In this document: piece after piece, positions 50,757 through 61,497 of the stretch | Layout: every line of letters starts with the position of its first letter | Numbering within the stretch: the stretch's first letter is position 1 | Assembly: GCA_965204755.1 (NCBI GenBank) | Contig: OZ242011.1 | Location: 1,984,001-2,048,000, forward strand | Length of the DNA stretch: 64,000 nucleotides | Direction of reading: 5' to 3' | Origin: Candidatus Marinacidobacterium sp. | GTDB taxonomy: Bacteria; Acidobacteriota; Vicinamibacteria; Marinacidobacterales; Marinacidobacteraceae | Notes under the pieces: model-generated | What the model was told of the DNA's origin: nothing | Seen by the model: only the letters and a program-made list of their open reading frames with translations | Databases searched by the model: none | Translations under genes and position numbers: made by a program

Positions 50757-51281
50757 GTGGCCGGGCCGACGACCCCTCCCGCGTCCGGCGGCGCGAATGC
50801 CGACGCGCCGCGCGGCCGCCGCGGCCCCCTCGAAACCGCCTGCTCGGTCCTCCTCGCCGCGATGGCGGCGCTCTGCCTCGTCGAAGTCGGCCTCCGCTAC
50901 GGGTTCGGCGGGACGCTCGGCTTCTACGACGAACTCGCCGGGTTCCTGCTGGTCTGGCTGACCTTCCTCGGGTCCTGCCTCGCCCGGCGCGACCGCGCCC
51001 ACATCGGCATCCGCGACCTGGTGGAGCGCCTCCGCCCCGGACGGCGCCGCGCCGCCGCGCTGCTCGAACACGCGGCGATGCTGACCCTCCACGGCGTCCT
51101 CCTCTGGTTCGGCGCCGCGCTCGCGCTCCGGTTCGCCTCGGAGCGGGCGATCACCATGCCCCTGCCGATGGGCCTGTTCTACCTGGTGCTCCCGCTCTCC
51201 GCGCTCCTCACCGCCGCGCTGGAAGTCCGCAGCCTCCTCGCCCTGCTCCGCCCGCGCCCCGCCCCTGACGCCGGCCGCTGA
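50757..51281 (+). CDS. dctQ: TRAP transporter small permease
   Basis: 4 TM segments, ELAGFLLVWLTFLG, HIGI. Confidence 0.85.
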   Translation: MAGPTTPPASGGANADAPRGRRGPLETACSVLLAAMAALCLVEVGLRYGFGGTLGFYDELAGFLLVWLTFLGSCLARRDRAHIGIRDLVERLRPGRRRAAALLEHAAMLTLHGVLLWFGAALALRFASERAITMPLPMGLFYLVLPLSALLTAALEVRSLLALLRPRPAPDAGR

Positions 51282-51300
51282 CCCCGGCCGCTGACCCCCG

Positions 51301-52587
51301 ATGGAGATCCTGGTCGCGCTGCTCGCCGCCGCCGGGCTGGTCCTCACCGGGATGCCGGTCGGCTATGTGCTCATCGCGGCCTCGGTGCTGGCGATCTGGC
51401 TGACCACCGGCACGCCGCTCACCGTCGTCCCGCTCCGGCTCTTCAACGGCACCGACTCCTTCCCGCTGGTCGCGGTGCCGCTGTTCATCCTCGCCGGGGC
51501 GCTCATGAACCGCGCCGGCATCTCGCAGCGGCTCACCGACTTCGCCGCCTCGATCGTCGGCTGGATGCGCGCCGGGCTGGCGATGACCACGACGACTTCC
51601 TCGATGCTGTTCTCGGAGATGTCCGGCTCCGCGGTGGCGGACGCGGCGGCCCTCGGCAGCGTCCTGATCCCGGCGATGAAGGAGCGCGGCTACCCGGCCC
51701 GCTTCGCCGCGGCGGTGCTGTCCTCGTCCGCCACCATCGCCATCCTGATCCCGCCCTCGATCCCGATGATCCTCTACGGGGCGGTCGCCGGCGCCTCCGT
51801 CGCCCGGCTCTTCCTCGCCGGGGTGGTTCCCGGCGTGCTCGCCGGTGTCTTCATCATGGCGGTCAGCCGGGCGCTGGCCCGGCGCGGCGGCTTCGGCGAG
51901 TCGGAGCCCTTCTCCGCCCGCCGCGCCGGCGCCGCGCTCCGCGCCGCCGCCGGGCCGCTGCTCATCCCGGCGGTGATCCTCGGCGGCATCTTCTTCGGCT
52001 GGTTCACGGCTACCGAGGCGGCGGCGGTCGCGGTGCTGCTCGCGCTGCTGCTCGGCGGCGCGGTCTATCGGAACTTCCGCCGGGCGGACCTCGGCGAGGC
52101 GTTCGGCGAGGCCTCCCGGCAGACCGCGGTGGTCATGATCCTGGTCGCCGGCTCCGCCGTCCTCGGCTGGTACCTGGCGAACCAGCAGGCCCCGGAGCGG
52201 CTGGCCGGCTGGGTCCTCTCCCGGGTGGAGGCGCCCTGGGCGGTGGCGCTGGTGCTCGACGGCATCCTGCTGCTCGCCGGGACGATCCTCCACAGCGCCG
52301 CCGCGGTGGTGCTGCTCGTCCCCATCCTCCTCCCGCTGGCCGAGTCGGTCGGGATCGGCCCGGTGCACTTCGGGATGATGGTCACCGTGAGCCTCGCGGT
52401 GGGGCAGCAGACCCCGCCGGTGGCCTCGGTCCTCATCACCACCTGCTCGCTGGCCAAGACCTCGATCTCCGAGGTGATGCGGGTGAATGTCTTCTTCATC
52501 GGCGCCCTGCTCGTCGTGCTGGCGCTGGTTACCTTCTGGCCGCAGTCGGCGCTCTTCCTCCCGGACCTGCTGCTCGGCGCCGGGTGA
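51301..52587 (+). CDS. dctM: TRAP transporter large permease
   Basis: SFPLVAVPLFILAG, SGSAVADAA, IPPSIPMI, FTATEAAA, QTPPV. Confidence 0.93.
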   Translation: MEILVALLAAAGLVLTGMPVGYVLIAASVLAIWLTTGTPLTVVPLRLFNGTDSFPLVAVPLFILAGALMNRAGISQRLTDFAASIVGWMRAGLAMTTTTSSMLFSEMSGSAVADAAALGSVLIPAMKERGYPARFAAAVLSSSATIAILIPPSIPMILYGAVAGASVARLFLAGVVPGVLAGVFIMAVSRALARRGGFGESEPFSARRAGAALRAAAGPLLIPAVILGGIFFGWFTATEAAAVAVLLALLLGGAVYRNFRRADLGEAFGEASRQTAVVMILVAGSAVLGWYLANQQAPERLAGWVLSRVEAPWAVALVLDGILLLAGTILHSAAAVVLLVPILLPLAESVGIGPVHFGMMVTVSLAVGQQTPPVASVLITTCSLAKTSISEVMRVNVFFIGALLVVLALVTFWPQSALFLPDLLLGAG

Positions 52588-52610
52588 GCGGCGGCGCGGC
52601 GGGCAGGTAT

Positions 52611-52830
52611 CAGCCCGTGGAAAAAGCGCCCCGCCCTCCGCTCCACGACCGGAGGGCGCCGAGTCTCCGTCCGGTTTCGAGGCGGGGCGCTCTTCCCACG
52701 GGCCGGCGGTGTGAATCGCTGCGCGATTCCCCCCGCCATCTATCGCGGGGAGGGGCCGCCCCCTCCCCGCGCCCCTCCCCGGTCGGCGCTTCGCGCCGAC
52801 GAGCGCTCCCCGGACTTTCTTCACGGGCGG
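52611..52830. mobile_element. ~220-bp MITE-like element, copy 2 (intergenic)
   Basis: TIRs CAGCCCGTGGAAAAAG / CTTTCTTCACGGGCGG; shared core CGCTGCGCGATTCCCCCCGCCATCTATCGCGGGGAGGGG. Confidence 0.75.
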
Positions 52831-52898
52831 CTAAAATGACGCCTGGATCGCGGGGCCGGCGAACGGCCTTCTTCGCGGTCCCGAAGAACGACCGGGTT

Positions 52899-52971
52899 GG
52901 GGCTGTGGCGCAACTGGGAGCGCGCGTGAATGGCATTCACGAGGTCACGGGTTCGATCCCCGTCAGCTCCA
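52899..52971 (+). tRNA. tRNA-Ala (anticodon GGC)
   Basis: GGGGCTGTGGCGCAACTGGGAGCGC-GCGTGAATGGCATTCAC-GAGGTCACGGGTTCGATCCCCGTCAGCTCCA; G3:U70 pair. Confidence 0.95.
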
Positions 52972-53017
52972 CCGGTTCCCTCCTCCGCCTCCGGCGGGGA
53001 GGGTCGGAGTCCGACCG

Positions 53018-53112
53018 GGAAGCGCATGGGGTCTGGCGGCCCCCGCGGACTTCAAATCCGTTGATTCCGGGTTAGTCCCCGGGATGGTGGGTTCGATTCC
53101 CACACGCTTCCG
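53018..53112 (+). tRNA. selC: tRNA-Sec (anticodon TCA)
   Basis: GGAAGCGC..GCGGACTTCAAATCCGT..long variable arm..GTGGGTTCGATTCCCAC-ACGCTTCCG; extended acceptor and D stems. Confidence 0.9.
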
Positions 53113-53165
53113 CCCGCCCGCGGCGAACCACCGGGCGACACCTTCCGCAGTCCCGACTGAGCCCC

Positions 53166-55646
53166 TTGCCCGAGGCCGGCGAGCCGCCCCGCCCGCCCGA
53201 TCCGGCGGACCCGCCGGAGACGCCATCGCCCGACCGAAGCGCCGACGCGCCCGCCGGGTCCGTCGTCCGCCAGACCGCCATCCGGAACCTCGTCTCCGCG
53301 CTCGCAGACGGCTCCGCCCTCCCCGGCGTCACCGCGCTCCGCCACTTCCCGGCGCAGGCCGCGCAGTACCGGGACTTCCCCCCCTACGCCGCGCCGAAAC
53401 TCCGCGAGGCCTACGAATCCCGCGGCGTCACCCGCCTCTATTCCCACCAGCGCGACGCCTGGGACCGCGCCCGCGCCGGCGAACAGGTCGCGGTGGTGAC
53501 CCCGACCGCCTCCGGCAAGACGCTTTGCTACAACGCGCCGATCCTGAACCGGATCCTGGAGGAGCCGGACGCCCGCGCGCTCTACCTGTTCCCGACCAAG
53601 GCGCTCTCGCAGGACCAGAAGCAGGAACTGCTCGAACTCACCGAAGCGGCGGACGCCGGGATCGGCGTCGAGGTGTACGACGGGGATACGCCGGGGGACC
53701 GCCGCCGGACGATCCGCGCCCGGGCGCACCTGGTCATCACCAACCCGGACATGCTCCACGCCGGGATCCTCCCCCACCACACCAAGTGGGCCAAGTTGTT
53801 CGAGAACCTGCGCTTCGTGGTGCTCGACGAGATGCATACCTACCGCGGCGTCTTCGGGAGCCATCTCGCCAACCTGCTCCGCCGCCTCCGCCGGGTCTGC
53901 CGCCACTACGGCGCCGACCCGCAGTTCCTGATGAGTTCCGCGACCATCGCCAACCCGAAGGAGTTGGGCGAGCGCCTCATCGAACGCGAGGTTTCGCTGG
54001 TCACGGAGAGCGGCGCGCCGCGCGCCGAACGGTTCTTCCTGTTCTACAACCCGCCGGTGGTGAACGCGCAACTGGGGATTCGCCGTTCGGCGCTCGCGGA
54101 AGCGCGGCGCATCGCCCGGGGTTTCCTCGAGAAACAACTGCAGACGGTGGTCTTCGCCCGCTCCCGCACGGACACCGAAGTCCTGGTCAAGTACCTGAAG
54201 AAGGACCTCGAAGACCGCCCCGACCGGCGCGGCCTCATTCGCGGTTACCGGGGCGGTTACCTGCCGAAGAAGCGGCGGGAGATCGAGGAAGGACTGCGCA
54301 GCGGAAGCGTGCTCGGCGTGGTTTCCACGAACGCGCTGGAGTTGGGGATAGACATCGGCGGCCTCGACGCCTCGGTGCTCGCCGGATATCCGGGAACCAT
54401 CGCCTCCACCTGGCAGCAGGCCGGACGCGCCGGACGCCGGGGCGGAGCGGCGGCTTCGGTGCTGGTCGCCAACTCCTCGCCGGTGAACCAGTTCGTCATC
54501 CGCCACCCCGACTACTTCTTCGAAGGTTCGCCGGAGCGCGGGCTCGTCAACCCGGACAACCTCTCCATCCTGCTCGAGCAGGTGAAGTGCGCGGCGTTCG
54601 AGTTGCCCTTCTCCGCCGGCGAGGAGTTCGGCGGCGAGGACCTCGAAGCCCTGCTCGGCGTCCTGGAAGAAGAGCAGATGGTCCTCCGTTCCGGCGACCG
54701 CTGGTTCTGGACGAAGGACGCGTATCCGGCGAACAGCGTGAGTCTGCGTTCGCTCAGTTCGGACAACTTCGTCGTGCAGGATCGGGAGAGCGGCCGGATC
54801 ATCGGCGAAGTCGATTTCGTGAGCGCCCATTCCACGGTGCACGAAAAGGCGATCTACATGGTGGAGAGCGATACCTGGTTCGTCGAGCGCTTCGACCACG
54901 AAGCCCGCCGCGCGGAAGTGCGTCCGGTGGACAGCGACTACTACACCGACGCGATCACCCATACCCGGGTGAACATCCTCGACCGCTTCGCCGCCGCGCC
55001 GGAGAACGCCGCCCCGGCCAGCCACGGCGAAGTCCATGTGGTGAAACAGGTCGTGGGTTTCAAGAAGATCAAGTTCTATACGAACGAGAATGTGGGTTCC
55101 GGCGAGTTGGAGATGCCGCCGGTGGAGATGCACACCACCGCGTTCTGGCTGGAGGCGCCGCTCGAAGTCCTGCTCGCGGTCCCGTTCGGCCCGGAGGACC
55201 GGCGCGACGGCGTGCGCGGGATCAAGAACGCGCTCGCCGCGGTCGCTTCCACATTCCTCATGTGCGAGCCGAGCGACCTCGGCTCGGCGATCGGCACCGG
55301 CGAAGGCGACGAGTCGGTGGGCGGCGGGCGGGTCGCGGACGCCGGGGAGGCGGCGGGCGACCCGGCCGCGCCGCCGAAGATCTTCCTCTACGACGACTAC
55401 CCCGGCGGCATCGGGTTTTCCGAGCCGCTGTTCGAAGCGCGGGCGACGCTGCTGCGCGAAACGCTGGGGCTGATCGAGCGCTGCGAATGCCGGAACGGGT
55501 GCCCGTCCTGCGTCGGGCCGGCGGAGGAGGTGGGTCTGCGGGGCAAGGACGCCGCGGTGGCCATCCTCCGGCGTCTCGCCGTTTCGCCGGAGGAGGAGGC
55601 GGAGACGCCGGCGCCCGCCGCCGCGGCGGCCTCCGGGGCGGCGTGA
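53166..55646 (+). CDS. DEAH helicase with DUF1998 (MrfA/YprA/SftH-like)
   Basis: LYSHQ, PTASGKT, LDEMH, SSATIAN, QQAGRAGRR, C-terminal CECRNGCPSC. Confidence 0.92.
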   Translation: MPEAGEPPRPPDPADPPETPSPDRSADAPAGSVVRQTAIRNLVSALADGSALPGVTALRHFPAQAAQYRDFPPYAAPKLREAYESRGVTRLYSHQRDAWDRARAGEQVAVVTPTASGKTLCYNAPILNRILEEPDARALYLFPTKALSQDQKQELLELTEAADAGIGVEVYDGDTPGDRRRTIRARAHLVITNPDMLHAGILPHHTKWAKLFENLRFVVLDEMHTYRGVFGSHLANLLRRLRRVCRHYGADPQFLMSSATIANPKELGERLIEREVSLVTESGAPRAERFFLFYNPPVVNAQLGIRRSALAEARRIARGFLEKQLQTVVFARSRTDTEVLVKYLKKDLEDRPDRRGLIRGYRGGYLPKKRREIEEGLRSGSVLGVVSTNALELGIDIGGLDASVLAGYPGTIASTWQQAGRAGRRGGAAASVLVANSSPVNQFVIRHPDYFFEGSPERGLVNPDNLSILLEQVKCAAFELPFSAGEEFGGEDLEALLGVLEEEQMVLRSGDRWFWTKDAYPANSVSLRSLSSDNFVVQDRESGRIIGEVDFVSAHSTVHEKAIYMVESDTWFVERFDHEARRAEVRPVDSDYYTDAITHTRVNILDRFAAAPENAAPASHGEVHVVKQVVGFKKIKFYTNENVGSGELEMPPVEMHTTAFWLEAPLEVLLAVPFGPEDRRDGVRGIKNALAAVASTFLMCEPSDLGSAIGTGEGDESVGGGRVADAGEAAGDPAAPPKIFLYDDYPGGIGFSEPLFEARATLLRETLGLIERCECRNGCPSCVGPAEEVGLRGKDAAVAILRRLAVSPEEEAETPAPAAAAASGAA

Positions 55647-57247
55647 GCGGCGCGCGCGGATCCCTCGCGGAGCGGCTGGCCCGCCAGCGCGGCCGCGTCG
55701 CCGGGGACCGGGGGCCGGCCGTGGCGCCGATGCCCCCCGTGGAAGCGTCGGCCGGTTCGCCGCCCGCCGAGAACCGGACGGTGCCCGCGGCCGATCCGCC
55801 CCCCGCCTTCGCCGAGCCTCCGGCTCCCGCCGCCGGCCTCCCGGCGAGCAGCCTCCCGGCGAGCGGCCTCCCGGTGAGCGGACCACCGGGCGAGAGCCGC
55901 GAGGAGAAACTCGCCCGCCTCCGAACCGCCCTCCGGCGCACCGAAGCGGGTTGGAAGGCCCCGCGTTCGCCCCGCCCGGCGCCCGAAACCGCGCCCGACG
56001 CGGACGACGACTCGCCGCGGCCGTCCGACGAGACCCGCCCGAACCCGCGCCTCGACCACCGCTCGCTCCGCCGGCGGATGTCCCGCATCCGCAGCGCCCG
56101 CGCCCTCCGCCCGGCGGAAGCCCCGCCGGCGGCGCCGCCGTCCGGCCCCGGCCACGAGCGGAGCGACCACGACTTCCCGACGGACGCCGCCTACGGCGGA
56201 CACCCGCTCTCCCGACTGGCGACTCTCCCCCGGTCACTCTCCGCCCGACTGGAAGCGACCCCGGACGCGGAGGGCGTCGCCCTCGACCGCGCGTTCTTCC
56301 TCGACACCGAAACCAGCGGCCTCGCCGGCGGCACGGGCACCTTCGCCTTCCTCATCGGCATCGGCGCGCTCTCCGGCGACCGGTTCCGCGTGACCCAGTT
56401 CCTCCTCCGCTCCCCGGCGGCGGAGCGCGAGATGCTCGAAGAGTTCCTCGCCGAGATCGGCGACCGCCCGGAGTTCGTCACCTACAACGGAAAGAGTTTC
56501 GACCTCCCGCTCCTCGAAGCCCGCCTCGCCCTGAACGGCCTGCCGAATCCCTTCGCGGACGCGCCGCACCTCGACCTGCTCACTCCCGCGCGCCGCCTGT
56601 TCCTGCCCCGCCACGAAAGCGCCAAGTTGTTCCACCTCGAAAACCGGGTGCTCGGCGTCGAACGCCACGACGACATCCCGGGCGCGCAGATCCCGGCGAT
56701 CTTCTTCGAGTTCCTGCGAAACGGCGAACACCCGGCGATGGAGTCCGTGCTGGAACACAACCGATACGACCTCCGCTCGCTCGCGGCGTTGACCGTCGAG
56801 TCGGCGCTCCGACTGGCGGAGGATTGGGACACCGAACACGGCGCCGACCTCCACGGCGTCGGCGCGCACCTCCTGAAACGCGAGGAACACGAAGCCGCCA
56901 ACCGCCTCTTCGAACGCGCCCTCGCCGCCGGCCTCTCCGGCCGCAACCGCGACCGCTGCCTCCTCCACCTCGGCGAAGAACGAAAACGCCGCGGCGACTG
57001 GCCCGCCGCCGTCGCCCTCTGGCAACGAATCGAGGAAGCCGACACCCCGGAATACCTCGAAGCCCTCCGCTGGTTCGCCAAGTACGAAGAACACGAAAAC
57101 CACGACTACGCCCGCGCCCTCGCCCATGTCCACGACGCCCAAGACCGCCTCGACCGAGTCCCGGCGCGTTTCGACGAAACCCTCCCCCGCCGCCGCGAAG
57201 ACTGGGCCCGCCGCGCCGCCCGCCTGGAAGAAAAGTCGGCGGACTGA
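55643..57247 (+). CDS. RNase-H-like exonuclease with TPRs (MrfB/YprB-like)
   Basis: FLDTETSGLAGGTGT, TYNGKSFD, HLDLL, HNRYDL; GTGA-coupled to the helicase. Confidence 0.87.
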   Translation: MSGARGSLAERLARQRGRVAGDRGPAVAPMPPVEASAGSPPAENRTVPAADPPPAFAEPPAPAAGLPASSLPASGLPVSGPPGESREEKLARLRTALRRTEAGWKAPRSPRPAPETAPDADDDSPRPSDETRPNPRLDHRSLRRRMSRIRSARALRPAEAPPAAPPSGPGHERSDHDFPTDAAYGGHPLSRLATLPRSLSARLEATPDAEGVALDRAFFLDTETSGLAGGTGTFAFLIGIGALSGDRFRVTQFLLRSPAAEREMLEEFLAEIGDRPEFVTYNGKSFDLPLLEARLALNGLPNPFADAPHLDLLTPARRLFLPRHESAKLFHLENRVLGVERHDDIPGAQIPAIFFEFLRNGEHPAMESVLEHNRYDLRSLAALTVESALRLAEDWDTEHGADLHGVGAHLLKREEHEAANRLFERALAAGLSGRNRDRCLLHLGEERKRRGDWPAAVALWQRIEEADTPEYLEALRWFAKYEEHENHDYARALAHVHDAQDRLDRVPARFDETLPRRREDWARRAARLEEKSAD

Positions 57248-57349
57248 ACTCGAGGGTTCGACCGACTCGCCGATCGAGCCTTACGCGGCCTTGAAAAGTC
57301 TGCTTGAGCGCGCTAAAACTAGTTCCTTCACGCTTGAAGGAGAGTAGAG

Positions 57350-57826
57350 ATGAAGAGGAAAGTCCTCATCGGCTTCGTCGCCCTGTTCCTGAGCGCCGCC
57401 CTCTGGGTCGCCTGCGAAGTGGGACAGCAGGCGCCGCGCTCCGCTCCGGCGGTCACTTCCGCTGTCGGGGCGCCGGATCCGACGCCCGGCTCGCAAAACC
57501 CGAGTACCGACACGATAACGCCGGGATCTCTCGCGCACCGGGAGGAACTCGCCGAGAGGGCCAGACTGGACTTCGCCCGGAGGGTCGAGCGGTACCGGGC
57601 GGAGGGGAAGTCGGAGGAGTACATCGCCTACATGCGGGAGAACGCGCTGGAGGGATACCTGCGGGATGTGCGGACCCGGCCGGCGGAGTGGTTCACGATC
57701 GAGGCGATTCTCGAACGGGCCCGCGCACGGCACGAGCGCGACATTCCGCTGTTCCTCGAAGCCGGTATCCCGCGGGAGAAGGTGGACGCGCTCCTGGCCG
57801 CCCACCCGCAGCCGTCGAAGCCGTAA
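57350..57826 (+). CDS. Hypothetical lipoprotein
   Basis: AAGGAG RBS; MKRKVLIGFVALFLSAALWVA-C signal with Cys. Confidence 0.6.
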   Translation: MKRKVLIGFVALFLSAALWVACEVGQQAPRSAPAVTSAVGAPDPTPGSQNPSTDTITPGSLAHREELAERARLDFARRVERYRAEGKSEEYIAYMRENALEGYLRDVRTRPAEWFTIEAILERARARHERDIPLFLEAGIPREKVDALLAAHPQPSKP

Positions 57827-57875
57827 GGCATCTTCGCCGGCGTCCTCGCTCGCTGTCGGAGTGATGCGGCGACCT

Positions 57876-58220
57876 GTGGGACTGCGCCTGGTAGTCCCGC
57901 GGGGTCGCGCACAGCGGGCTTCGAGACCGCTGCTCGCCAATGACGAGTCCCGTTGTTATCGGGTTTCCGGGCGCCCCTCAGCGCCGCCGGGACGCGGGCA
58001 AAGTGGGAGCGCGACCCTTGCCCGAATACTACCGAGACTGACCGGGCCAAGCGGAAAGCGTCGCGTGCTATCCTCTGTTTCCAAGGGCCGCATCCTACTA
58101 GCTCTCCCAAAAGGTGAGGAGTGCCTGGCAACTCCAAAAAAGGGACTCGGCTTTGCCGAGCGGAGGGTAGTCGCGGCGCCACCGGGCGGCCCCACGGGGA
58201 CTACCAGGCGCAGTCCCCAC
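57876..58220. repeat. ~33-bp inverted-repeat pair bracketing ~280 bp
   Basis: GTGGGACTGCGCCTGGTAGTCCCGCGGGGTCGC (57876-57908) vs GCGGCCCCACGGGGACTACCAGGCGCAGTCCCCAC (58186-58220). Confidence 0.7.
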
Positions 58221-58491
58221 CCCCTTCAGGGTTTGCGAAGGACCTCTCGCGTTCGGCCGAGCCGGTTGGCGAGTTGCTGCTCGGTCGTCCCTCGCGGGAA
58301 GAAACCGATCAGATCGATCTTGTCGTTCACCGGGTCGCGCGAATCAGAACTTCCCGTCGACTTGAGCGATGCCCCTCGCTGATGCCGCAGGCCGCGGCCG
58401 GCCGGTCGAGGGTCGGCGTTCGTCCGATCGGGTGGGTCTCAGCGAGGGCAGCGAAGCGCGAGTCCGCGCGCCTCGCCGCCGCGCAGTCGGG

Positions 58492-58797
58492 TCAGCCGCC
58501 GCTGACCGGGGGGAGGAAGGCGAGTTCGTCGCCGGGCTCGAGCGGGGTGTCCTTCGGGCGGAACCGGTGGTTGACCGCCACGCTGATCGAGGCGGAGAGC
58601 GGGGCGAGTGCCGGGTGTTCGTCGGCGAGGCGTTCCCAGACCGCTTGGGCGGTCAGCCCCGGGGTCGGGGGGACTTCGACGCGTCCGCGCCCGGCGGCCT
58701 CCCGCGCGGCGGCGAAGAGGAGGACGGTGACCGGTTTGCTCGCGCCGGGGTCAACCGTTGTCGGCGCGGCCGAAGCGCGTTCCTCCGGGGCGGTCAT
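58492..58797 (-). CDS. moaD: Molybdopterin synthase sulfur carrier subunit
   Basis: VLLFAAAREAAG, VAVN, LAFLPPVSGG C-terminus. Confidence 0.9.
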   Translation of the reverse strand: MTAPEERASAAPTTVDPGASKPVTVLLFAAAREAAGRGRVEVPPTPGLTAQAVWERLADEHPALAPLSASISVAVNHRFRPKDTPLEPGDELAFLPPVSGG

Positions 58798-59231
58798 TCG
58801 GTTACCGGTTCCTTCGGGCCTTCCACCCAGACTTCGCCGTCCTCGAACACTTCGCGTTTCCAGATCGGGACGATGCGCTTGATCTCGTTCATCGTGTGCC
58901 TGGCCGCGTCGAACGCGTGCCCCCGGTGCGGCGAAGCGGCGGCGACCAGCACGCTCGCTTCCCCGATCTCCACCCGGCCGGTGCGGTGGTGGACGCGCAG
59001 CCGCTCCACCCCGAACCGGGCTCGCGCGTCCTCCGCGACCCGCGCCAGCACCGGGAGCGCCATCTCCTCGTACGCCTCGTATTCCAGGTAGCGCACCGCC
59101 CGGCCCCGGTTCCGGGCGCGGACGATCCCGGCGAAGACCACGACCGCGCCGTCGGCGGAGACTTCCAGCCCTTCGCGGATCGCCGTCTCGCTCAGCGGCT
59201 CGGCGGTGAGCCGGAACGGGCTTCCGCTCAC
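58794..59231 (-). CDS. moaE: Molybdopterin synthase catalytic subunit
   Basis: [35 protein letters not shown]. Confidence 0.93.
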   Translation of the reverse strand: MSGSPFRLTAEPLSETAIREGLEVSADGAVVVFAGIVRARNRGRAVRYLEYEAYEEMALPVLARVAEDARARFGVERLRVHHRTGRVEIGEASVLVAAASPHRGHAFDAARHTMNEIKRIVPIWKREVFEDGEVWVEGPKEPVTE

Positions 59232-60043
59232 GACGCGGCGAGTCCGGCGGGCAGGTGGCCGAGGGGCCCGTGGCCCCGGCCGAGCGGCGCGGCCCGGAGC
59301 ATCGCCGTCCGCACATAGGCGAGCGCTGCTTCCACCGACTCCCGGAGCGTGCGGCCCCGGGCGAGTCCGGCGGCCACCGCCGCCGACAGCGTGCAGCCGG
59401 TCCCGTGCGTCGCCGGCGTCTCGATCCGGGGAGCGCGGAACACCGCTTCGTCGCGGCCGTCGCTGAAGAAGTCCACGACTTCGCCGCCGGGCAGGTGCCC
59501 GCCCTTCACCAGCACCGCCCTCGCGCCCATCTTCAGCAACCGCTCGGCGGCGCCCCGCATCGCGGATTCGTCTTCGACCGCCCGCCCGGTGAGGTCGGCC
59601 GCCTCGGGCAGGTTCGGGGTGAGGAGCGCGGCCAGCGGAAGCAGGCGCTCCCGCAGCGCGTCCACCGCGTCCGGACGCAACAGCCGGTCACCGGTCTTCG
59701 CCACCATCACCGGGTCCACCACCAGCGGCAGCCGCCGCCTCGCCATCGCCTCGGCCACCGCGCGGATGATGGCCGCCGACGAAAGCATCCCGGTCTTCGC
59801 CGCCGCCACCGGGAAGTCGTCGCACACCGCGGTGATCTGGGCGCGGATCAACTCCGGGTGGACTTCGGCGACGGCGGCAACCGCCACCGTGTTCTGCGCG
59901 GTGATCGCCGTGATCGCGGAGACGCCGTACGTCTCGTGGGCGGCGAAGGTCTTGAGGTCGGCCTGGATGCCGGCCCCGCCGCCGGAGTCGGAGCCGGCGA
60001 TGGTCAGGGCCACCGGGGGCGCCGGCGGGGGCGCCGCGGTCAA
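59228..60043 (-). CDS. thiD: Hydroxymethylpyrimidine/phosphomethylpyrimidine kinase
   Basis: [53 protein letters not shown]. Confidence 0.93.
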   Translation of the reverse strand: MTAAPPPAPPVALTIAGSDSGGGAGIQADLKTFAAHETYGVSAITAITAQNTVAVAAVAEVHPELIRAQITAVCDDFPVAAAKTGMLSSAAIIRAVAEAMARRRLPLVVDPVMVAKTGDRLLRPDAVDALRERLLPLAALLTPNLPEAADLTGRAVEDESAMRGAAERLLKMGARAVLVKGGHLPGGEVVDFFSDGRDEAVFRAPRIETPATHGTGCTLSAAVAAGLARGRTLRESVEAALAYVRTAMLRAAPLGRGHGPLGHLPAGLAAS

Positions 60044-60063
60044 CGGTGGAGTCCGGGGGCGGG

Positions 60064-61416
60064 TCAGGAGGGAGCGGTGCGGAACGCCAGCACCCGCGCC
60101 GCGTCCTCGCCCCACTCCGCGGCCTCCGGGCCCGGCTCCAGGTTCTGCCCGTGCAGGTCGCGGATTTCGCGGTAGAGCAGCAGCCGCAACTCCCGGTCGG
60201 CTTCGAGCGGCGCATGCGGCCGCACCACCAGCGTCCGGCTGCCCTCGTCGTAGGCCACTTCGAGGTCGGGGAACGGGTTCCCGTCCGGCTCGTCCTCGTA
60301 GAGCAGGTCCACCGCCGCGTGGAAACTGTCCGCGATCATCCGGTTGGAGAACTGCACCCGGAACTCGCTGTCCAGCGGAATCTCCCGCTCGCCGTCCAGC
60401 GGCAGCGAGAAGACCACCCGCAGCGGCCCGAACTCGGCCTCCCGCGCTTCGCGTTCGGCGATGCGGATGTCCACCGGTTCGAGCGCCGGGTCGCCCGGCG
60501 CCTCCGCGATCTCGAGGCGCTCGGCGCGCAGGTAGGTCTGGCCGTCCGCGGTCCACGGCCGGCCGTACACGCGCAGCCACTTGCCGGTGTCGCGGCGGCG
60601 TTTCGGGTCGAGCCGGAAGCCCTTGCCGGCGGGGCGCATCCCGGTGACCCAGATGGCGGTCTCGCCGGTCTTGATGACGAAGTCGCGCGGCGTCTTCTTG
60701 GTCTTGATCGAGAGGTCGCCGAACAGGTTGTTCCCCCGGAACTTGCCGACGACTTCGACGCGGCGGCCGATGTACGGCTCGGGGTCGGCGAGCAGCCCGT
60801 CGAGGCCGATCGCGGCGGCGCTCCCCGGGGCGATCTCGATGCGGTCGCCGGCGGCCATCTCTTCCTTCGCCTCGCGCTCGCGGCGGTCGGAGAGGTCTTC
60901 GGTGTCGCCGATCGTGGAGACGGAGACGACGGCGAGGAACCCTTCGGTGCGGCGGTCGAGGGTGTTGCCGGAGATCCACGCCGGATCGAACGGGTAGTTC
61001 CGCAGGATCGGGTGCATCTGGAGGGTGTAGGAGTCGAGCATCCGGGTGGAGAAGAACCAGCCCTCGACTTCGACTTCGCTCGCGCCGAGGAACATCAACT
61101 GGTTCCCGGACATGTAGGAGGCCGCCATCAGGATTTCCCGCGAGAGTTCGTCCGGGTCTTCGAGCACCTGCACCCGGTGGTCGGTCCCGAAGGAGAACCC
61201 GACCTTGCCGCGCACCATCACGGCGGACTCGTGGTACCGGCCGGGTAGGCGGGAGAGGTCGGCGACGGAGACCAGTTCCGGCTGGTCGGGGAAGTAGCCG
61301 AACTGCGCGGCGGCCGGGGTCGCGGCGAGGAGCGTCGCGGCGAGGAGGGTCGCGGCGGCGGCGGGCGCGGCCGGTGTCGGGCGGGGTCCGATGCGGACGC
61401 GAACCGCGGGAGTCAT
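60064..61416 (-). CDS. Secreted protein with C-terminal Ig-like (Big_5-like) domain
   Basis: Signal peptide ending PAAAQ; [22 protein letters not shown]; start placed at ATG 61416 because the upstream ATG overlaps a -10-like TGCTACGAT. Confidence 0.6.
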   Translation of the reverse strand: MTPAVRVRIGPRPTPAAPAAAATLLAATLLAATPAAAQFGYFPDQPELVSVADLSRLPGRYHESAVMVRGKVGFSFGTDHRVQVLEDPDELSREILMAASYMSGNQLMFLGASEVEVEGWFFSTRMLDSYTLQMHPILRNYPFDPAWISGNTLDRRTEGFLAVVSVSTIGDTEDLSDRREREAKEEMAAGDRIEIAPGSAAAIGLDGLLADPEPYIGRRVEVVGKFRGNNLFGDLSIKTKKTPRDFVIKTGETAIWVTGMRPAGKGFRLDPKRRRDTGKWLRVYGRPWTADGQTYLRAERLEIAEAPGDPALEPVDIRIAEREAREAEFGPLRVVFSLPLDGEREIPLDSEFRVQFSNRMIADSFHAAVDLLYEDEPDGNPFPDLEVAYDEGSRTLVVRPHAPLEADRELRLLLYREIRDLHGQNLEPGPEAAEWGEDAARVLAFRTAPS

Positions 61417-61497
61417 GGTGCCTCGGGTCTCCGCAGGGCGTGTCCCGTCGGGCGTTTGCGGAGGGTCGGCCATCGTAGCACCGGGGGCGCGGGCGGC

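Noticed and set aside
50700-51300. Short tandem repeats (CCCGACAACTCT in the dctP tail, CTGACCCCGGCCG before dctM; also 15-bp repeats at ~55835-55880 and 21-bp repeats at ~62765-62815)
   Set aside because: Two or three copies in low-complexity linkers; ordinary slippage with no sign of phase variation
53166-57247. DISARM DrmB or other defence helicase
   Set aside because: The DUF1998 helicase is coupled to a YprB/MrfB-like exonuclease, the ordinary repair pair; no drmA/drmC nearby
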